DNA of 64,000 nt from Candidatus Eiseniibacteriota bacterium (GCA_046598045.1 JBKJJJ010000113.1:800-64799); one strand, 5' to 3'. Counted from the stretch's first letter, positions 35,786-46,225 are shown. Program-made: numbers and translations. The notes: generated by a model not told the origin, from the sequence alone.

Positions 35786-35820
35786 GACCTGGAGAGTCTA
35801 CGCCCCTCGCGCCGGGGAGG

Positions 35821-38424
35821 TCAACGGGTTGCAGCGGGTACGTCGAGCGTTGCGCCCGGGTTCGGCGCGGGCAGCGTCACGCGCATGATCGTCCCCCCCG
35901 CAGCGAGCGTCACCCCCGCACCCGCCGGCAACCCGTCGAAGCGCGCCTTCCCGTTCGCGTCCGTCATCAGGATCCAGCGCCCGTCGAGTTCGATCGGCAC
36001 GCCCGCCGCGGGCGCGCCGGCGCGCGTCGCGGTGACCGGCAACGCGACGAACGCCTTGGCATCGCCGCCCAGGTCTTCGAGCAGAGCGAGGTAGATCGCG
36101 TACGCCTCGTCCCGCAGGCGGGCCGCGCCGCGCGCGGGCTCGGCGTATGCCGTGCGGGCGTCGGGCAGGTTGACCGCGACCGCGACCGCCGCGGTCTGCT
36201 GGACGAGATACGCGGGCGACTCCACAACGCTCGCCCCGCGCGTGACGCCCCGATCATCCAGCCGCGCCGTAATCCGCCGCGCCAGCGCCTTTCCGCCCGC
36301 GCTCGAGAAGTAGTGCCCCGCGCTCGCGGACCGCGGCGCCGCGCGGTGGGAAAGCGAGAGCACGCGCTCCGCCCCGAACGCCTCGGTGACGCGCAGGCGG
36401 GCGACCGCGTCGAGCGAGTCGGGCCGGTCGCGCGTGAGCGTGACCACCGCGCCCGCGGCCTCGAGATACTCGCGCAGCGCGCGCGCGGTGCGCAGGTTCG
36501 CGTCGGCCTCGATCGCCTGCGCGCGCCGGGCCGCGAGCGCGTCGCCCGGCGTGCCGGCGGCGGGGGCGGTGACCGTGGAGTCGAACCGCGCGGAGTCCCC
36601 GGGCCCCGAGTCGCCGGGCCCCGCGAACATGCCCGTCGTGTCCGCACCGCCGCCCGCCGGGTCGAGCGCGATGCGCCGCCCGAGCAGCGCGCCGCCGGCG
36701 ATCGCGGCCAGGCGCAACTGCGTGACCGCCGGGCGCGCCGACGCGGCCAGGGGCGGAGAGGCGAGCGTCACCCAACCCGCGGCTGATGCGGTCGGCGGCG
36801 CGCTGTCGGGCGCGGCTGCGAGCGCGAAGAACCCGTCGGCATTGGTCCGCGCAGTCGTGCTGTCGCCCGCGCCGCCGCGCACTGTCGCGCCGGCGATCGG
36901 CCGCCCGTCGGCGGTGCGCGCGAACCCGCTGACCGCGCGCGCCGGGGCGCCGGGCGCGGCGAGCGTGACGTGCGCCGCACCGTCCGCGACGGTCAAGCCC
37001 GGGCGCGGCCGGACGAGGGTGCCGACGAAGTCCGCGATGCTCCCGCCCGTGATCCGCGCGTACGCGCGCGCCTCGCCCGGCGTCGGCGCGCCAATGAGCG
37101 AATCCACGATCACCGCCCCGACGCGCGCGGTGAAGCGCGCGCGCACCGTGTCCGCGAGCGCGCGGCCGTGGCGATCGAGCGCCCGCAGCGTGAGGCCCGC
37201 GAGCTGTCCCGGCGCGAGCCTGCCGCCGGCTGGCGCGATCTCGAGGGTCTCGCGCGCGACCGGGAGCACGACCTCGAACGAATCGCGCCGCGCCTTGCTC
37301 CAGTTGCCGCCGGCCGCGCGCATTGCCCACTCGACGCGGTGCCAGCCGTCGGTCAAGGGCGTGGGCGGCCGCCACCTCAGCGTCCACGCGCCCGGGACGA
37401 TCCTCCCGCTCGCGCTGGCGAAGCGCTCGATCCGCGACGTGTCGACCGCCGCGCCGTCGACCACGAGCCGGACCGTGCCGGGCGCGCGGTCGGCGACGGC
37501 CACGATCCACGGGCGCTCGGCGCCGTCCTGCGGGTCGTCGACCGTGGTGATCGGGTCGACGCGCGTCGCGACCACGCGCGGCACGCCCTGGCGGAAGTAG
37601 TCGAGCAGCCCGAGGAAATACGCCTCGGCCTCGAGCCGTTGTTTGGACGCGAGCTGGAGCCGCGATTCGACGTCGGGGTTCGTCAGGTACGACGACTCGC
37701 CGAGCACCGCCGCGCCCACCGCGTTGCGCACCACGAAGTAGTTGCCCGGCAGCAGGCGGTCCGCGCCCACCCCGAGGTTGAGCGCCAGGTGTCGATGAAT
37801 CGCCTGGCCGAGATCCCAGCTCGCCTCGGGGTCGGTGAACTTGTAGTAGGTCTGGGTCTCGTTCAGGTCGTGGCGCGCGCCCGCGTCCGCGTTGTGGTGG
37901 ATCGAGAGGAACACGTCGGGGTCGAATGCGTTCGCCTTCGCGCTGCGCGCGGCGAGGTCGGAGCGGAGCGAGCTGTCGATCGGCGTGCCGAAGTCCTTGT
38001 CCGCGGTGCGCGTGAGCAGCACCTCGGCGCCCGCGTCGGTCAGCAGGCCCCAGAGGTGAAGCGCGACCCCGAGGTTGACCTCGGCCTCGGTCAGGCCGTG
38101 GACGCCGATCGAGCCCGGGAAGCGCCCGCCGTGCCCCGGGTCGATCGCGACCCTCCGGCCGCGCAAGGGCGTGGTATCGAGGCCCGTGAGCGGCTCGACG
38201 CGGCGCTCGTAGCCGGGCAGCGCGCGGCCGCCGCCGGGCGCGACACTCGGCGTGGAGGGCGGCTCGGGCTCGCCGGTCTTCAAGGCGGTGGCAGGCTTGC
38301 GCTCGGGCTTGGTGTCGGCTGCCGGAGGCGCGGGCGCAGCAGTACGCGGATGCTTGCCCGCGCAGCCCGCCGCGGCGAGCGCCAGGGCAAAGGCGAACAG
38401 GGGCAAGGCGCGGCGCAGGGACAT
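35821..38424 (-). CDS. Lipoprotein with two N-acetylmuramoyl-L-alanine amidase (Amidase_3) domains separated by a long Ig-like/beta-rich region
   Basis: Lipobox LALAAAGC. The first domain reads RRVAIDPGHGG...VFLSIHHNA...YFVVRNA...ESSYLTNP. A second amidase-like segment lies near the C-terminus (RRIALDPAGGG...VLSLSHRAA). This is only the 3' 2.6 kb of the 1652-aa ORF in the track. Confidence 0.85.
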   Translation of the reverse strand: MSLRRALPLFAFALALAAAGCAGKHPRTAAPAPPAADTKPERKPATALKTGEPEPPSTPSVAPGGGRALPGYERRVEPLTGLDTTPLRGRRVAIDPGHGGRFPGSIGVHGLTEAEVNLGVALHLWGLLTDAGAEVLLTRTADKDFGTPIDSSLRSDLAARSAKANAFDPDVFLSIHHNADAGARHDLNETQTYYKFTDPEASWDLGQAIHRHLALNLGVGADRLLPGNYFVVRNAVGAAVLGESSYLTNPDVESRLQLASKQRLEAEAYFLGLLDYFRQGVPRVVATRVDPITTVDDPQDGAERPWIVAVADRAPGTVRLVVDGAAVDTSRIERFASASGRIVPGAWTLRWRPPTPLTDGWHRVEWAMRAAGGNWSKARRDSFEVVLPVARETLEIAPAGGRLAPGQLAGLTLRALDRHGRALADTVRARFTARVGAVIVDSLIGAPTPGEARAYARITGGSIADFVGTLVRPRPGLTVADGAAHVTLAAPGAPARAVSGFARTADGRPIAGATVRGGAGDSTTARTNADGFFALAAAPDSAPPTASAAGWVTLASPPLAASARPAVTQLRLAAIAGGALLGRRIALDPAGGGADTTGMFAGPGDSGPGDSARFDSTVTAPAAGTPGDALAARRAQAIEADANLRTARALREYLEAAGAVVTLTRDRPDSLDAVARLRVTEAFGAERVLSLSHRAAPRSASAGHYFSSAGGKALARRITARLDDRGVTRGASVVESPAYLVQQTAAVAVAVNLPDARTAYAEPARGAARLRDEAYAIYLALLEDLGGDAKAFVALPVTATRAGAPAAGVPIELDGRWILMTDANGKARFDGLPAGAGVTLAAGGTIMRVTLPAPNPGATLDVPAATR

Positions 38425-38484
38425 GGCGGGCAGGCTAACAGAGGCGGGGCGCGGCGGCCACCGCGATCGGCCCCCGAAATCGCC

Positions 38485-38514
38485 TTGACACAAGGCTTTA
38501 ACCGCGACCACAAT
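38485..38514 (+). promoter_or_regulatory. Candidate sigma70-type promoter of the liv operon (TTGACA-N18-CACAAT)
   Basis: A consensus -35 at 38485-38490 and a -10-like hexamer at 38509-38514, about 90 nt upstream of the livJ-like ATG. Confidence 0.35.
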
Positions 38515-38601
38515 GCCGCGTTTCGCCCCGACTTCCGCTTTGCCCGGGCCTCTCCCCGGGACGCCCTCGGGGTCTCGATTCCCGCCCGCTCGGAGGTCGT
38601 A

Positions 38602-39798
38602 ATGCGCCCCATGATGAGCCGTCTCGCCGCTTGCCTCGCCATCCTCGCCCTGGTCGCCGGCTGCGCCCCGAAATCGGCCAGCACGCTCAAGGTCGGCATC
38701 TACGGATCGACCACCGGGGGGACCGCGACGTTCGGCAAGTCGACCGTCAACGGCGCCCAGCTCGCGTTCGAGGAGGCCAACGCCGCCGGCGGCGTCGGCG
38801 GCATGAAGCTCGAGTGGCCGACCGAGGACGATCAGTCCAAAGCCGAGGAGGCCGCGACCGCGGTCCAGAAGCTGATCACCCAGGATCACGTGATTGCGCT
38901 CATCGGCGAGGTCGCCTCGTCGCGCTCGCTCGCGGCGGCGCCGATCGCACAGAGCAACGGTGTGCCCATGATCTCGCCCAGCTCGACCAACCCCGAGGTC
39001 ACGAAGAAGGGCAACTTCATCTTCCGGGCGTGCTTCCTCGACGAGTTCCAGGGCCGCGTCATGGCGCGCTTCGCCGCCGACACGCTCAAGCTCAAGCGCG
39101 TCGCGATCTTGACGGACACCAAGAACGACTACTCGGTCGGCCTCTCCCAGTTCTTCGTGGACGAGTACAAGCTCCGCGGCGGCTCGATCGTCGGGGAAAA
39201 GTCGTATTTCGAGGGCGACTCGGACTTCCGCTCGGCGCTGACCGCGCTCAAGGCTAACAACCCCGACGCGATCTTCGTGCCCGGCTACTACACCGAGGTC
39301 GGCTCGATCGCGCGCCAGGCCCGCGAACTCGGCCTCACCGTGCCGCTCCTGGGCGGCGACGGCTGGGTCTCGGACCAGCTGCTCAAGATCGGCGGTGACG
39401 CGCTCAACGGCTCGTACTACTCGAATCACTTCGCGCCCGACCAGCCGAGCGCGAGCCTCCAGAAGTTCCTGACCGACTACAAGGCGAAGTACAACTCGAG
39501 CCCCGACGCGATCGCCGGCCTCGCCTACGACACCGCGAACCTCGTGGTCGACGCGCTCAAGCGCCTGCAGGCGTCGGACCCGGCGGCGTTCGCCGCGCTG
39601 GGCTCGGACAAGAGCGGCAACGCCGAGGCGGCGAAGGCCGCGCGCGCGAAGTTGCGCGACATGATCAACAACGTGAAGGACTTCCCGGGCATCACGGGCG
39701 TGATCAACTTCGACGCCAATAGGAACCCGGTCAAGCCGGCGGTCGTGATCAAGATCGAGGGCGGCGTCGAGAAGTTCGCGGCGTCGATCGCGCCCTAG
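38602..39798 (+). CDS. Branched-chain amino acid ABC transporter substrate-binding lipoprotein (LivJ/LivK family)
   Basis: Lipobox ALVAGC. VGIYGSTTGGTATFG, LIGEVASSRSLAAAPIA, PMISPSSTNPEVT and RVAILTDTKNDYSVG are type I PBP Leu/Ile/Val-binding patterns. Confidence 0.9.
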   Translation: MRPMMSRLAACLAILALVAGCAPKSASTLKVGIYGSTTGGTATFGKSTVNGAQLAFEEANAAGGVGGMKLEWPTEDDQSKAEEAATAVQKLITQDHVIALIGEVASSRSLAAAPIAQSNGVPMISPSSTNPEVTKKGNFIFRACFLDEFQGRVMARFAADTLKLKRVAILTDTKNDYSVGLSQFFVDEYKLRGGSIVGEKSYFEGDSDFRSALTALKANNPDAIFVPGYYTEVGSIARQARELGLTVPLLGGDGWVSDQLLKIGGDALNGSYYSNHFAPDQPSASLQKFLTDYKAKYNSSPDAIAGLAYDTANLVVDALKRLQASDPAAFAALGSDKSGNAEAAKAARAKLRDMINNVKDFPGITGVINFDANRNPVKPAVVIKIEGGVEKFAASIAP

Positions 39799-39819
39799 TC
39801 CGGCCCCGCCCCCGCGCGC

Positions 39820-40722
39820 ATGCAGGAGTTCCTCCAGCAGCTGGTCAACGGCATCACGTGGGGCAGCGTGTACGCGCTGATCGCGCTCGGATACACGATG
39901 GTCTACGGCATCCTGCGCCTGATCAACTTCGCGCACGGTGACATCTTCATGCTCGGCGCGTTCATCGCGTACTACGCGGCGGGCTGGTTCGGCGTGCAGA
40001 CGCACCCCTCGGCATGGGGCGCGCTGCTCGTGCTCGTGACCGCGATGACGGGCGCGGGAATCGCGGGCTTCGTGATCGAGCGCTTCGCCTACCGCCCCGT
40101 GCGCAAGTCCTCGCGCCTGACCGCGCTGATCACCGCGATCGGCGTGTCGCTGCTGCTCGAGAACGGCGGGCTGCTCGTGTTCGGCACCGACCCGCGATTC
40201 TTCCCGCAGGTCGCGACCGTCCAGAAGATCGCGCTCGGCGGCGGCGTCACGGTGACCAACATCCAGCTCATCATCCTCGCGGTGTCGATCGTGCTCATGC
40301 TCGCGCTGCGCTGGATCGTGATGTCGACCAAGACCGGCAAGGCGATGCGCGCGGTGTCGTTCAACCGCGACGCCGCGACGCTGATGGGCATCGACACCGA
40401 CCGGATCATCTCGTTCACGTTCGTGCTGGGCGCGGTGCTCGCGGCCGCGGCCGGGGTCCTCGTCGGACTGATGAACCCCAAGATCGATCCCTTGATGGGC
40501 ATCATGCCCGGCCTCAAGGCGTTCGTCGCCGCGGTGGTGGGCGGGATCGGCAACATCCCGGGCGCGGTGCTCGGCGGGCTGATCATGGGCGTGTCCGAGG
40601 TCCTGGTCGTCGGCTACGTGTCCTCGACCTACCGCGACGCGATCGCGTTCGTGCTCCTGATCGCGATCCTCCTGTTCCGCCCGTCGGGGCTGCTCGGCAA
40701 ACACCAGGCCGAGAAGGTCTAG
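39820..40722 (+). CDS. livH: Branched-chain amino acid ABC transporter permease
   Basis: QQLVNGITWGSVYALIALGYTMVYGILRLINFAHGD and GKAMRAVSFNRDAATLMGI are classic LivH. Confidence 0.9.
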   Translation: MQEFLQQLVNGITWGSVYALIALGYTMVYGILRLINFAHGDIFMLGAFIAYYAAGWFGVQTHPSAWGALLVLVTAMTGAGIAGFVIERFAYRPVRKSSRLTALITAIGVSLLLENGGLLVFGTDPRFFPQVATVQKIALGGGVTVTNIQLIILAVSIVLMLALRWIVMSTKTGKAMRAVSFNRDAATLMGIDTDRIISFTFVLGAVLAAAAGVLVGLMNPKIDPLMGIMPGLKAFVAAVVGGIGNIPGAVLGGLIMGVSEVLVVGYVSSTYRDAIAFVLLIAILLFRPSGLLGKHQAEKV

Positions 40723-40726
40723 CCCC

Positions 40727-41716
40727 ATGGCGCGCGCACTCAAGACCGCCGGGATCCTCGTCCTCCTGGTCGTGCTCAACGCCCTGATGCCGACGCTGGT
40801 GCCGAACAGCTACTACGCGCGCGTCATCATGCTGTGCGGCATCAACGTGATCCTGGCGGTGAGCCTCAACCTGGTCAACGGCTTCACGGGCCAGTTCTCG
40901 ATCGGCCACGCGGGCTTCATGGCGATCGGCGCGTACACCTCGGCCGTGCTCACGATGCGCGCGCTGCCCGGCGCGATCGCCGCCATGGCCGCGGCCGGCG
41001 TGCCGCCCATGGTCGCGCACGGCGCCGCGCTGCTGCTGGCGACACTCGCGGGCGGATCGCTCGCCGCGGTCGCGGGGCTCGCGGTCGGGCTGCCGTCCCT
41101 GCGGCTGAGGGGCGATTACCTCGCGATCGTGACGCTCGGCTTCGGCGAGATCATCCGCGTCATCATCCTCAACGTCGAAGCGATCGGCGGCGCGCGCGGG
41201 CTGTCGGGCGTGCCGGCGTACACGAACTTCTTCTGGGTCGCGCTCTGGGCCTTTGTCGTAATTGGCGTGTCGTATAACCTGCTCGGTTCGACGCACGGCC
41301 GGGCGATGCTCGCGATTCGCGAGGACGAGATCGCCGCCGAGTCGCTCGGCGTGCCGACGACGCGCTACAAGGTGATGGCGTTCGTGGTGTCGGCGTTCTT
41401 CGCGGGGGTCGCGGGCGCGCTCTACGCGCACTACGACAGCTACCTCAACCCGGCATCGTTCACGTTCCTGCGCTCGATCGAGATCATCGCCATGATCGTG
41501 CTCGGCGGCATGGGATCGGTCTCGGGCGCGATCATGGCCGCCATCGCGCTCACCGTCCTGCCCGAGGCGCTGCGCGGCGTGAAGGAGTACCGCATGGTGA
41601 TCTATGCGCTGCTCCTGATCGTACTCATGATCACGCGCCCCTCGGGCATCATGGGCACGCGCGAGTTGTCGCTCGCCTGGCTCAAGCGCAGGTTCGCGCG
41701 GGGAGCGGCGTCGTGA
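40727..41716 (+). CDS. livM: Branched-chain amino acid ABC transporter permease
   Basis: NLVNGFTGQFSIGHAGFMAIGAYTSA, LRGDYLAIVTLGFGEIIR and GRAMLAIREDEIAAESLGV. Confidence 0.9.
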   Translation: MARALKTAGILVLLVVLNALMPTLVPNSYYARVIMLCGINVILAVSLNLVNGFTGQFSIGHAGFMAIGAYTSAVLTMRALPGAIAAMAAAGVPPMVAHGAALLLATLAGGSLAAVAGLAVGLPSLRLRGDYLAIVTLGFGEIIRVIILNVEAIGGARGLSGVPAYTNFFWVALWAFVVIGVSYNLLGSTHGRAMLAIREDEIAAESLGVPTTRYKVMAFVVSAFFAGVAGALYAHYDSYLNPASFTFLRSIEIIAMIVLGGMGSVSGAIMAAIALTVLPEALRGVKEYRMVIYALLLIVLMITRPSGIMGTRELSLAWLKRRFARGAAS

Positions 41717-42494
41717 TCGAGGGCCCGGGCGGCAAGTCGCTCTCGCTCGACCACGTCTCGATCGTGTTCGGCGGGCTGACCGCGGTGAGCGACCTGTCGC
41801 TCGACGTCCAGCCCGGCGAACTGGTCGGCTTGATCGGCCCGAACGGAGCCGGCAAGACCACCGTGTTCAACATGATCACCGGCGTCTATGCGCCGACGTC
41901 GGGCACGATCCGCTTCGGCGACATGGTGATCAACGGCCAGCGCCCGCACGGCATCTGCGGCGGCGGGATCGCGCGCACGTTCCAGAACACGCGCCTGTTC
42001 GCCGGGCTGACCTGTCTCGACAACGTGAAGATCGCCGCGCACCAGCGCGCGCACTCGTCGTTCTGGGACGGGCTGTGGGCCACGCCCAGGAGCGCCGCCG
42101 ACGAGCGCGCGATCGACCAGAAGGCGCGCGCGCTGCTGGCGACGCTCTCGCTCTCGGACGTGGCGGATACGCGCGCGGCCGACCTGCCGTACGGGCGCCA
42201 GCGCCGCCTCGAGATCGCGCGCGCGCTCGCCACGGACCCGAAGCTGCTGCTGCTCGACGAGCCCGCTGCGGGCATGAACCCGCAGGAGACCGAGGCGCTC
42301 ATGCACCTGATCGAGGAGGTGCGCAAGCGCTACAACCTCGCGGTGCTGCTGATCGAGCACGACATGAAGGTCGTGATGACGATCTGCCAGCGCATCGCCG
42401 TGCTCGATTACGGCGTGAAGATCTGCGAGGGCAGCCCCGCCATGGTGCGGCACGACCCGGCGACGATCCGCGCCTATCTCGGCGAGGACGTCGC

Positions 42495-42498
<4 letters not shown>
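41713..42498 (+). CDS. livG: Branched-chain amino acid ABC transporter ATP-binding protein
   Basis: GLIGPNGAGKTTVFN (Walker A), LPYGRQRRLEIARAL (signature), LLLLDEPAAGMN (Walker B) and a C-terminal BCA_ABC_TP_C-like end. Confidence 0.9.
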
Positions 42499-43208
<710 letters not shown>

Positions 43209-43799
43209 CTAGCGCCCCGCCGCGTGCTGCGCCAGCCCGTCGAGGAAGAGCTGCACCGCGAGCATCACGAGCAGCATCCCCATCACGCGCTCGAGCGCGA
43301 GCAGGCCCTTCCGCCTCAGGATGCGCTCGAGGAACCCCGACGACAGCAGGATCACCGCGCTCGCCGCCCACGCGAGCGTGAGCGCGAGCAGCCATGTCCC
43401 GAGCCGCGCGGGCTGGGAGCGCGCGAGCAGCAGCAGCGTCGACAGGGCCGACGGCCCGGCGAGCAGCGGGATCGCGAGCGGCACGATGAACGGCTCGCCG
43501 TCGATGCCGTCGGCGAGGCCCTGGCCCTCGGACGGGAAGATCATGCGCAGCGCGATCAGGAACAGCACGATGCCGCCCGCGATCGAGATCGACTCCTGCT
43601 TGAGGTGGAGCCACGCCAGCAGCGGCTGCCCGATCAGGAGGCACGCCACGAGCACGAGCAGCGCGATCAGCAGCTCGCGCACGAGCACGCGCTGCCGCCG
43701 CGCCACGGGCACCTGCTTGAGCGCGGCTGCGAACGCCGGGATGTTGCCCAGCGGGTCCATGACCAGGAACAGCGTGACCGCGACCGAGACCAGTTCCAT
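43209..43799 (-). CDS. MarC-family (UPF0056) integral membrane protein
   Basis: FLVMDPLGNIPAF and IPLLAGPSALSTLLLL. About 6 TM segments, 196 aa. Confidence 0.8.
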   Translation of the reverse strand: MELVSVAVTLFLVMDPLGNIPAFAAALKQVPVARRQRVLVRELLIALLVLVACLLIGQPLLAWLHLKQESISIAGGIVLFLIALRMIFPSEGQGLADGIDGEPFIVPLAIPLLAGPSALSTLLLLARSQPARLGTWLLALTLAWAASAVILLSSGFLERILRRKGLLALERVMGMLLVMLAVQLFLDGLAQHAAGR

Positions 43800-44695
43800 C
43801 AGTCCAGCTCCCCGGGAGCGAGCCCCCGCTCGTCGATGGTGATCACCTGGCCGCCGACGCGCGTGCGCGTGATCGCGCCGTCGTCGATCCGGAGCTCGAC
43901 CTGCACGCGGCAGGGGCGGCCGAGCGCCGCGCCCTGCTCGCCGACGATGCGCAGCGTCGGCGAGCTGGCGCGCACGAGCCCGAGCGCCCACAGCCGCGCG
44001 GCGAGCGGGCCGTGCACCGAGCCGGTCGCGATGTCCTCGTTGAGGCCGATGTGGGGTGCGAAGAAGCGGCTCTGCACATCCGCCTTGGGATCGCTCGTGC
44101 GCTGCGTGAACAGGCAGAAGCCGCGCGTGCCGAGCTCGAGCGCGATCGCGGCCAGCGCCTGGAAGTCGGGCTCGAGCCCGAGCAGCTCGACGGGCGTGGC
44201 GAGCGGGAAGAGCAGGTCGCCGTCCTGCGTGCGCACGACCCTGGGATCGGTGTGGAAGCCCTCGGGCGCCATGTGGAGCACCTTGGCGATGCGCGTGAGC
44301 GGGGCGTCGAACGGCTCGAGCACCGGCCGGGGAATCGTGATCCACAGCGCGCCGTCCTCGCGCACGACCTCGAGGTCGGCGGTGCGCGAGCGCAGCGTCA
44401 CGCGCGACGCGCCGGCGAGCGGCCCCGTCAGCGCGGCATGCGCGCAGGCGAGCGCCGTGTGCCCGGAGAGGCCGACCTCCTTGCCCGGCGTGTGGAAGCG
44501 CGCGTGGAACGTGGTCGGGCCGGCGGGCCAGAGGAACCCGTTGCCCGGCTGGCGCACGGTCTCGGACCAGCGGCGCTGCCCGGCGTCGGACACCGGGCCG
44601 TTCGCGATCACCGCGCCCGCGGGGTTGCCCCGGCCCGGCGTGTCGGTGAAGACCTCGGCCTGGACGAAGCGACCCTCCATGACGACCTCGCTCAT
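43799..44695 (-). CDS. PhzF-family isomerase
   Basis: VFTDTPGRGNPAGAV, GLSGHTALACAHAL, FFAPHIGLNEDIATGSVHGPLA. Two-domain DAP-epimerase-like length (298 aa). Confidence 0.8.
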   Translation of the reverse strand: MSEVVMEGRFVQAEVFTDTPGRGNPAGAVIANGPVSDAGQRRWSETVRQPGNGFLWPAGPTTFHARFHTPGKEVGLSGHTALACAHAALTGPLAGASRVTLRSRTADLEVVREDGALWITIPRPVLEPFDAPLTRIAKVLHMAPEGFHTDPRVVRTQDGDLLFPLATPVELLGLEPDFQALAAIALELGTRGFCLFTQRTSDPKADVQSRFFAPHIGLNEDIATGSVHGPLAARLWALGLVRASSPTLRIVGEQGAALGRPCRVQVELRIDDGAITRTRVGGQVITIDERGLAPGELD

Positions 44696-45105
44696 CGCTT
44701 GGGCCCCTTGCGCAGCGCAAAACGCAGCCCCGACCAGTCGTGGTCCACCGCGCAGATCTTGAAGTCGACGATCCCCGCGGCGAGCGCGGTGGTGCGCACG
44801 TCGCTCTCGCTCACGTCGCCCGCGAGGGGAGAGGTCTTCTTGGCCCACACGATCCACAGCCCGCTGCCCTCGGCGCGGGGAGCGAGCTTGCCCATCCCCT
44901 TCAGGAGCTCCGCCCGCGAGCGCACGAACCAGAGCGTGAGGTCGGCCGCGCCGCGCGCGTCCCGCCGCGCGATCGTGCCGTGCGGCAGTTCCCCGAGCGT
45001 GTCCTCGAACCCGGCGGGGGCGCCGAGCAGCGCGACGCGCGTCCCCTCTTTGATCCCGAGTTTCTTCGGCAGGGGCGTCCCCGAGTAACCGGCGGCCGCC
45101 TTCAT
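44692..45105 (-). CDS. Hypothetical protein (DUF3052-like)
   Basis: MKAAAGYSGTPLPKKLGIKEGTRVALLGAP...LWIVWAKK. ATGA coupling on both sides within the minus-strand operon. Confidence 0.5.
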   Translation of the reverse strand: MKAAAGYSGTPLPKKLGIKEGTRVALLGAPAGFEDTLGELPHGTIARRDARGAADLTLWFVRSRAELLKGMGKLAPRAEGSGLWIVWAKKTSPLAGDVSESDVRTTALAAGIVDFKICAVDHDWSGLRFALRKGPKR

Positions 45106-45554
45106 TTCGCGAACAGGCCGCCGCGGCGGTAGCCGTCGAACCCGAGGCGCGTGAGCCGTGCGAGCTCCTTGAACAGCGCCGGGTCCGGGGCCGCGAAGTT
45201 GAAGCACGATTTGCCCTTCATGCGCTTCCGGAGCGCGGGGGAGATGCGCTCGAGCAGCTCGGGGAAGATGTAGACCGGCATCAAGTGGTAGCTGACGTAG
45301 CGCTTGCCGGTCTTGACCGCGCCGAAGAACACCTCGGTGCCGTACTTGGGCACCGACCGGGTCTCGAGGTAGTAGATGCCCGGCCCGTCGTACTTGACGA
45401 CCATGCGCCGGGCGTAGGGCCGGAGCAGCTTCTGGAGCGCCGAATAGGTTTTCGAGAAGTCAGGCGCCGCAGGCTTGCGCGAGGCCCGCTTCTGCAGTGC
45501 TTTCTTTACGACCTTCTTGGGGGCTGCCTGCCTGCTGGTGCGAGCCGTCGCCAT
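45102..45554 (-). CDS. Hypothetical protein with a Lys-rich N-terminus (possibly DUF1801/YdhG-like)
   Basis: Coding-like composition, operonic with downstream genes. The family assignment is from memory only. Confidence 0.45.
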   Translation of the reverse strand: MATARTSRQAAPKKVVKKALQKRASRKPAAPDFSKTYSALQKLLRPYARRMVVKYDGPGIYYLETRSVPKYGTEVFFGAVKTGKRYVSYHLMPVYIFPELLERISPALRKRMKGKSCFNFAAPDPALFKELARLTRLGFDGYRRGGLFAK

Positions 45555-45653
45555 GCCACCTCCGGGAGTGAGGGGTTGGGGGAGGCTCCAAGAAACAACG
45601 ATCGCGCGGCCCGGGCAAGCCCAAAGCCGCGCGATCGTTTGGTTCCCTGTGCG

Positions 45654-46082
45654 TCAAGCGGCGAGTCGCTGTTCCCCGCGGAAGCGGTCGACCTCTTCGG
45701 GGCTCCAGAACGCGCACGCGTCGTGGCCCGGGTTGACCACGATCCCGTGGCCCTTGGGCAGCATCGCGATCAGCCACTCGAAGTCCACCAGCAGCTCGGT
45801 GTTCCAGGCCCGGTACTGCGCGCGCAGCTCGTGCGCGTGGGCCGGGCTCGTGAACGCGCACACGACCGCGTGACCGAGTGGCGTCGAGACCGCCAGCGGG
45901 CGCACCGTGATGCCCTCGGCAACGGTCGAGCCGTCGCCCGGGAGCAGGACGACGAGCTGCGCCTCGCGCATCTCGTTCGAGAGCCACTCGACCGAGGCGC
46001 GGCCCTGGGCGTAGGCGAGCAGCGCGCGCTCGAGCGGGTCGCTCGGCGCCGGGGTGCCGATGAGTCCGTTGAGGATGCCCAC
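45654..46082 (-). CDS. SseB-family (enhanced serine sensitivity-like) protein
   Basis: LLAYAQGRASVEWLSNEMREAQLVVLLPGD...LAVSTPLGHAVVCAFTSPAHA...GIVVNPG resembles the SseB N-terminal domain. Confidence 0.5.
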   Translation of the reverse strand: MGILNGLIGTPAPSDPLERALLAYAQGRASVEWLSNEMREAQLVVLLPGDGSTVAEGITVRPLAVSTPLGHAVVCAFTSPAHAHELRAQYRAWNTELLVDFEWLIAMLPKGHGIVVNPGHDACAFWSPEEVDRFRGEQRLAA

Positions 46083-46225
46083 GGGGCGCCTCCAGGTTCG
46101 GGCCTCGGCCGGCCCCCGACCGGCGGTCGGGGGCGATGGCCGATGCCCCGTTATCGGCCCGCGCGGGCCGGGCCTGAAGTCCCTCCGGGATCGCGCAAGC
46201 CGCTGTGATCCGGTATCTTTCCCCC

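Noticed and set aside
38425-40779. The upstream 2.35 kb of the 1652-aa minus-strand ORF 35821..40779.
   Set aside because: Only the part from the Met at 38424 (lipobox signal peptide, amidase motifs) is convincing. The rest is antisense to the livJ-like and livH genes and translates to RDR/HER-rich nonsense.
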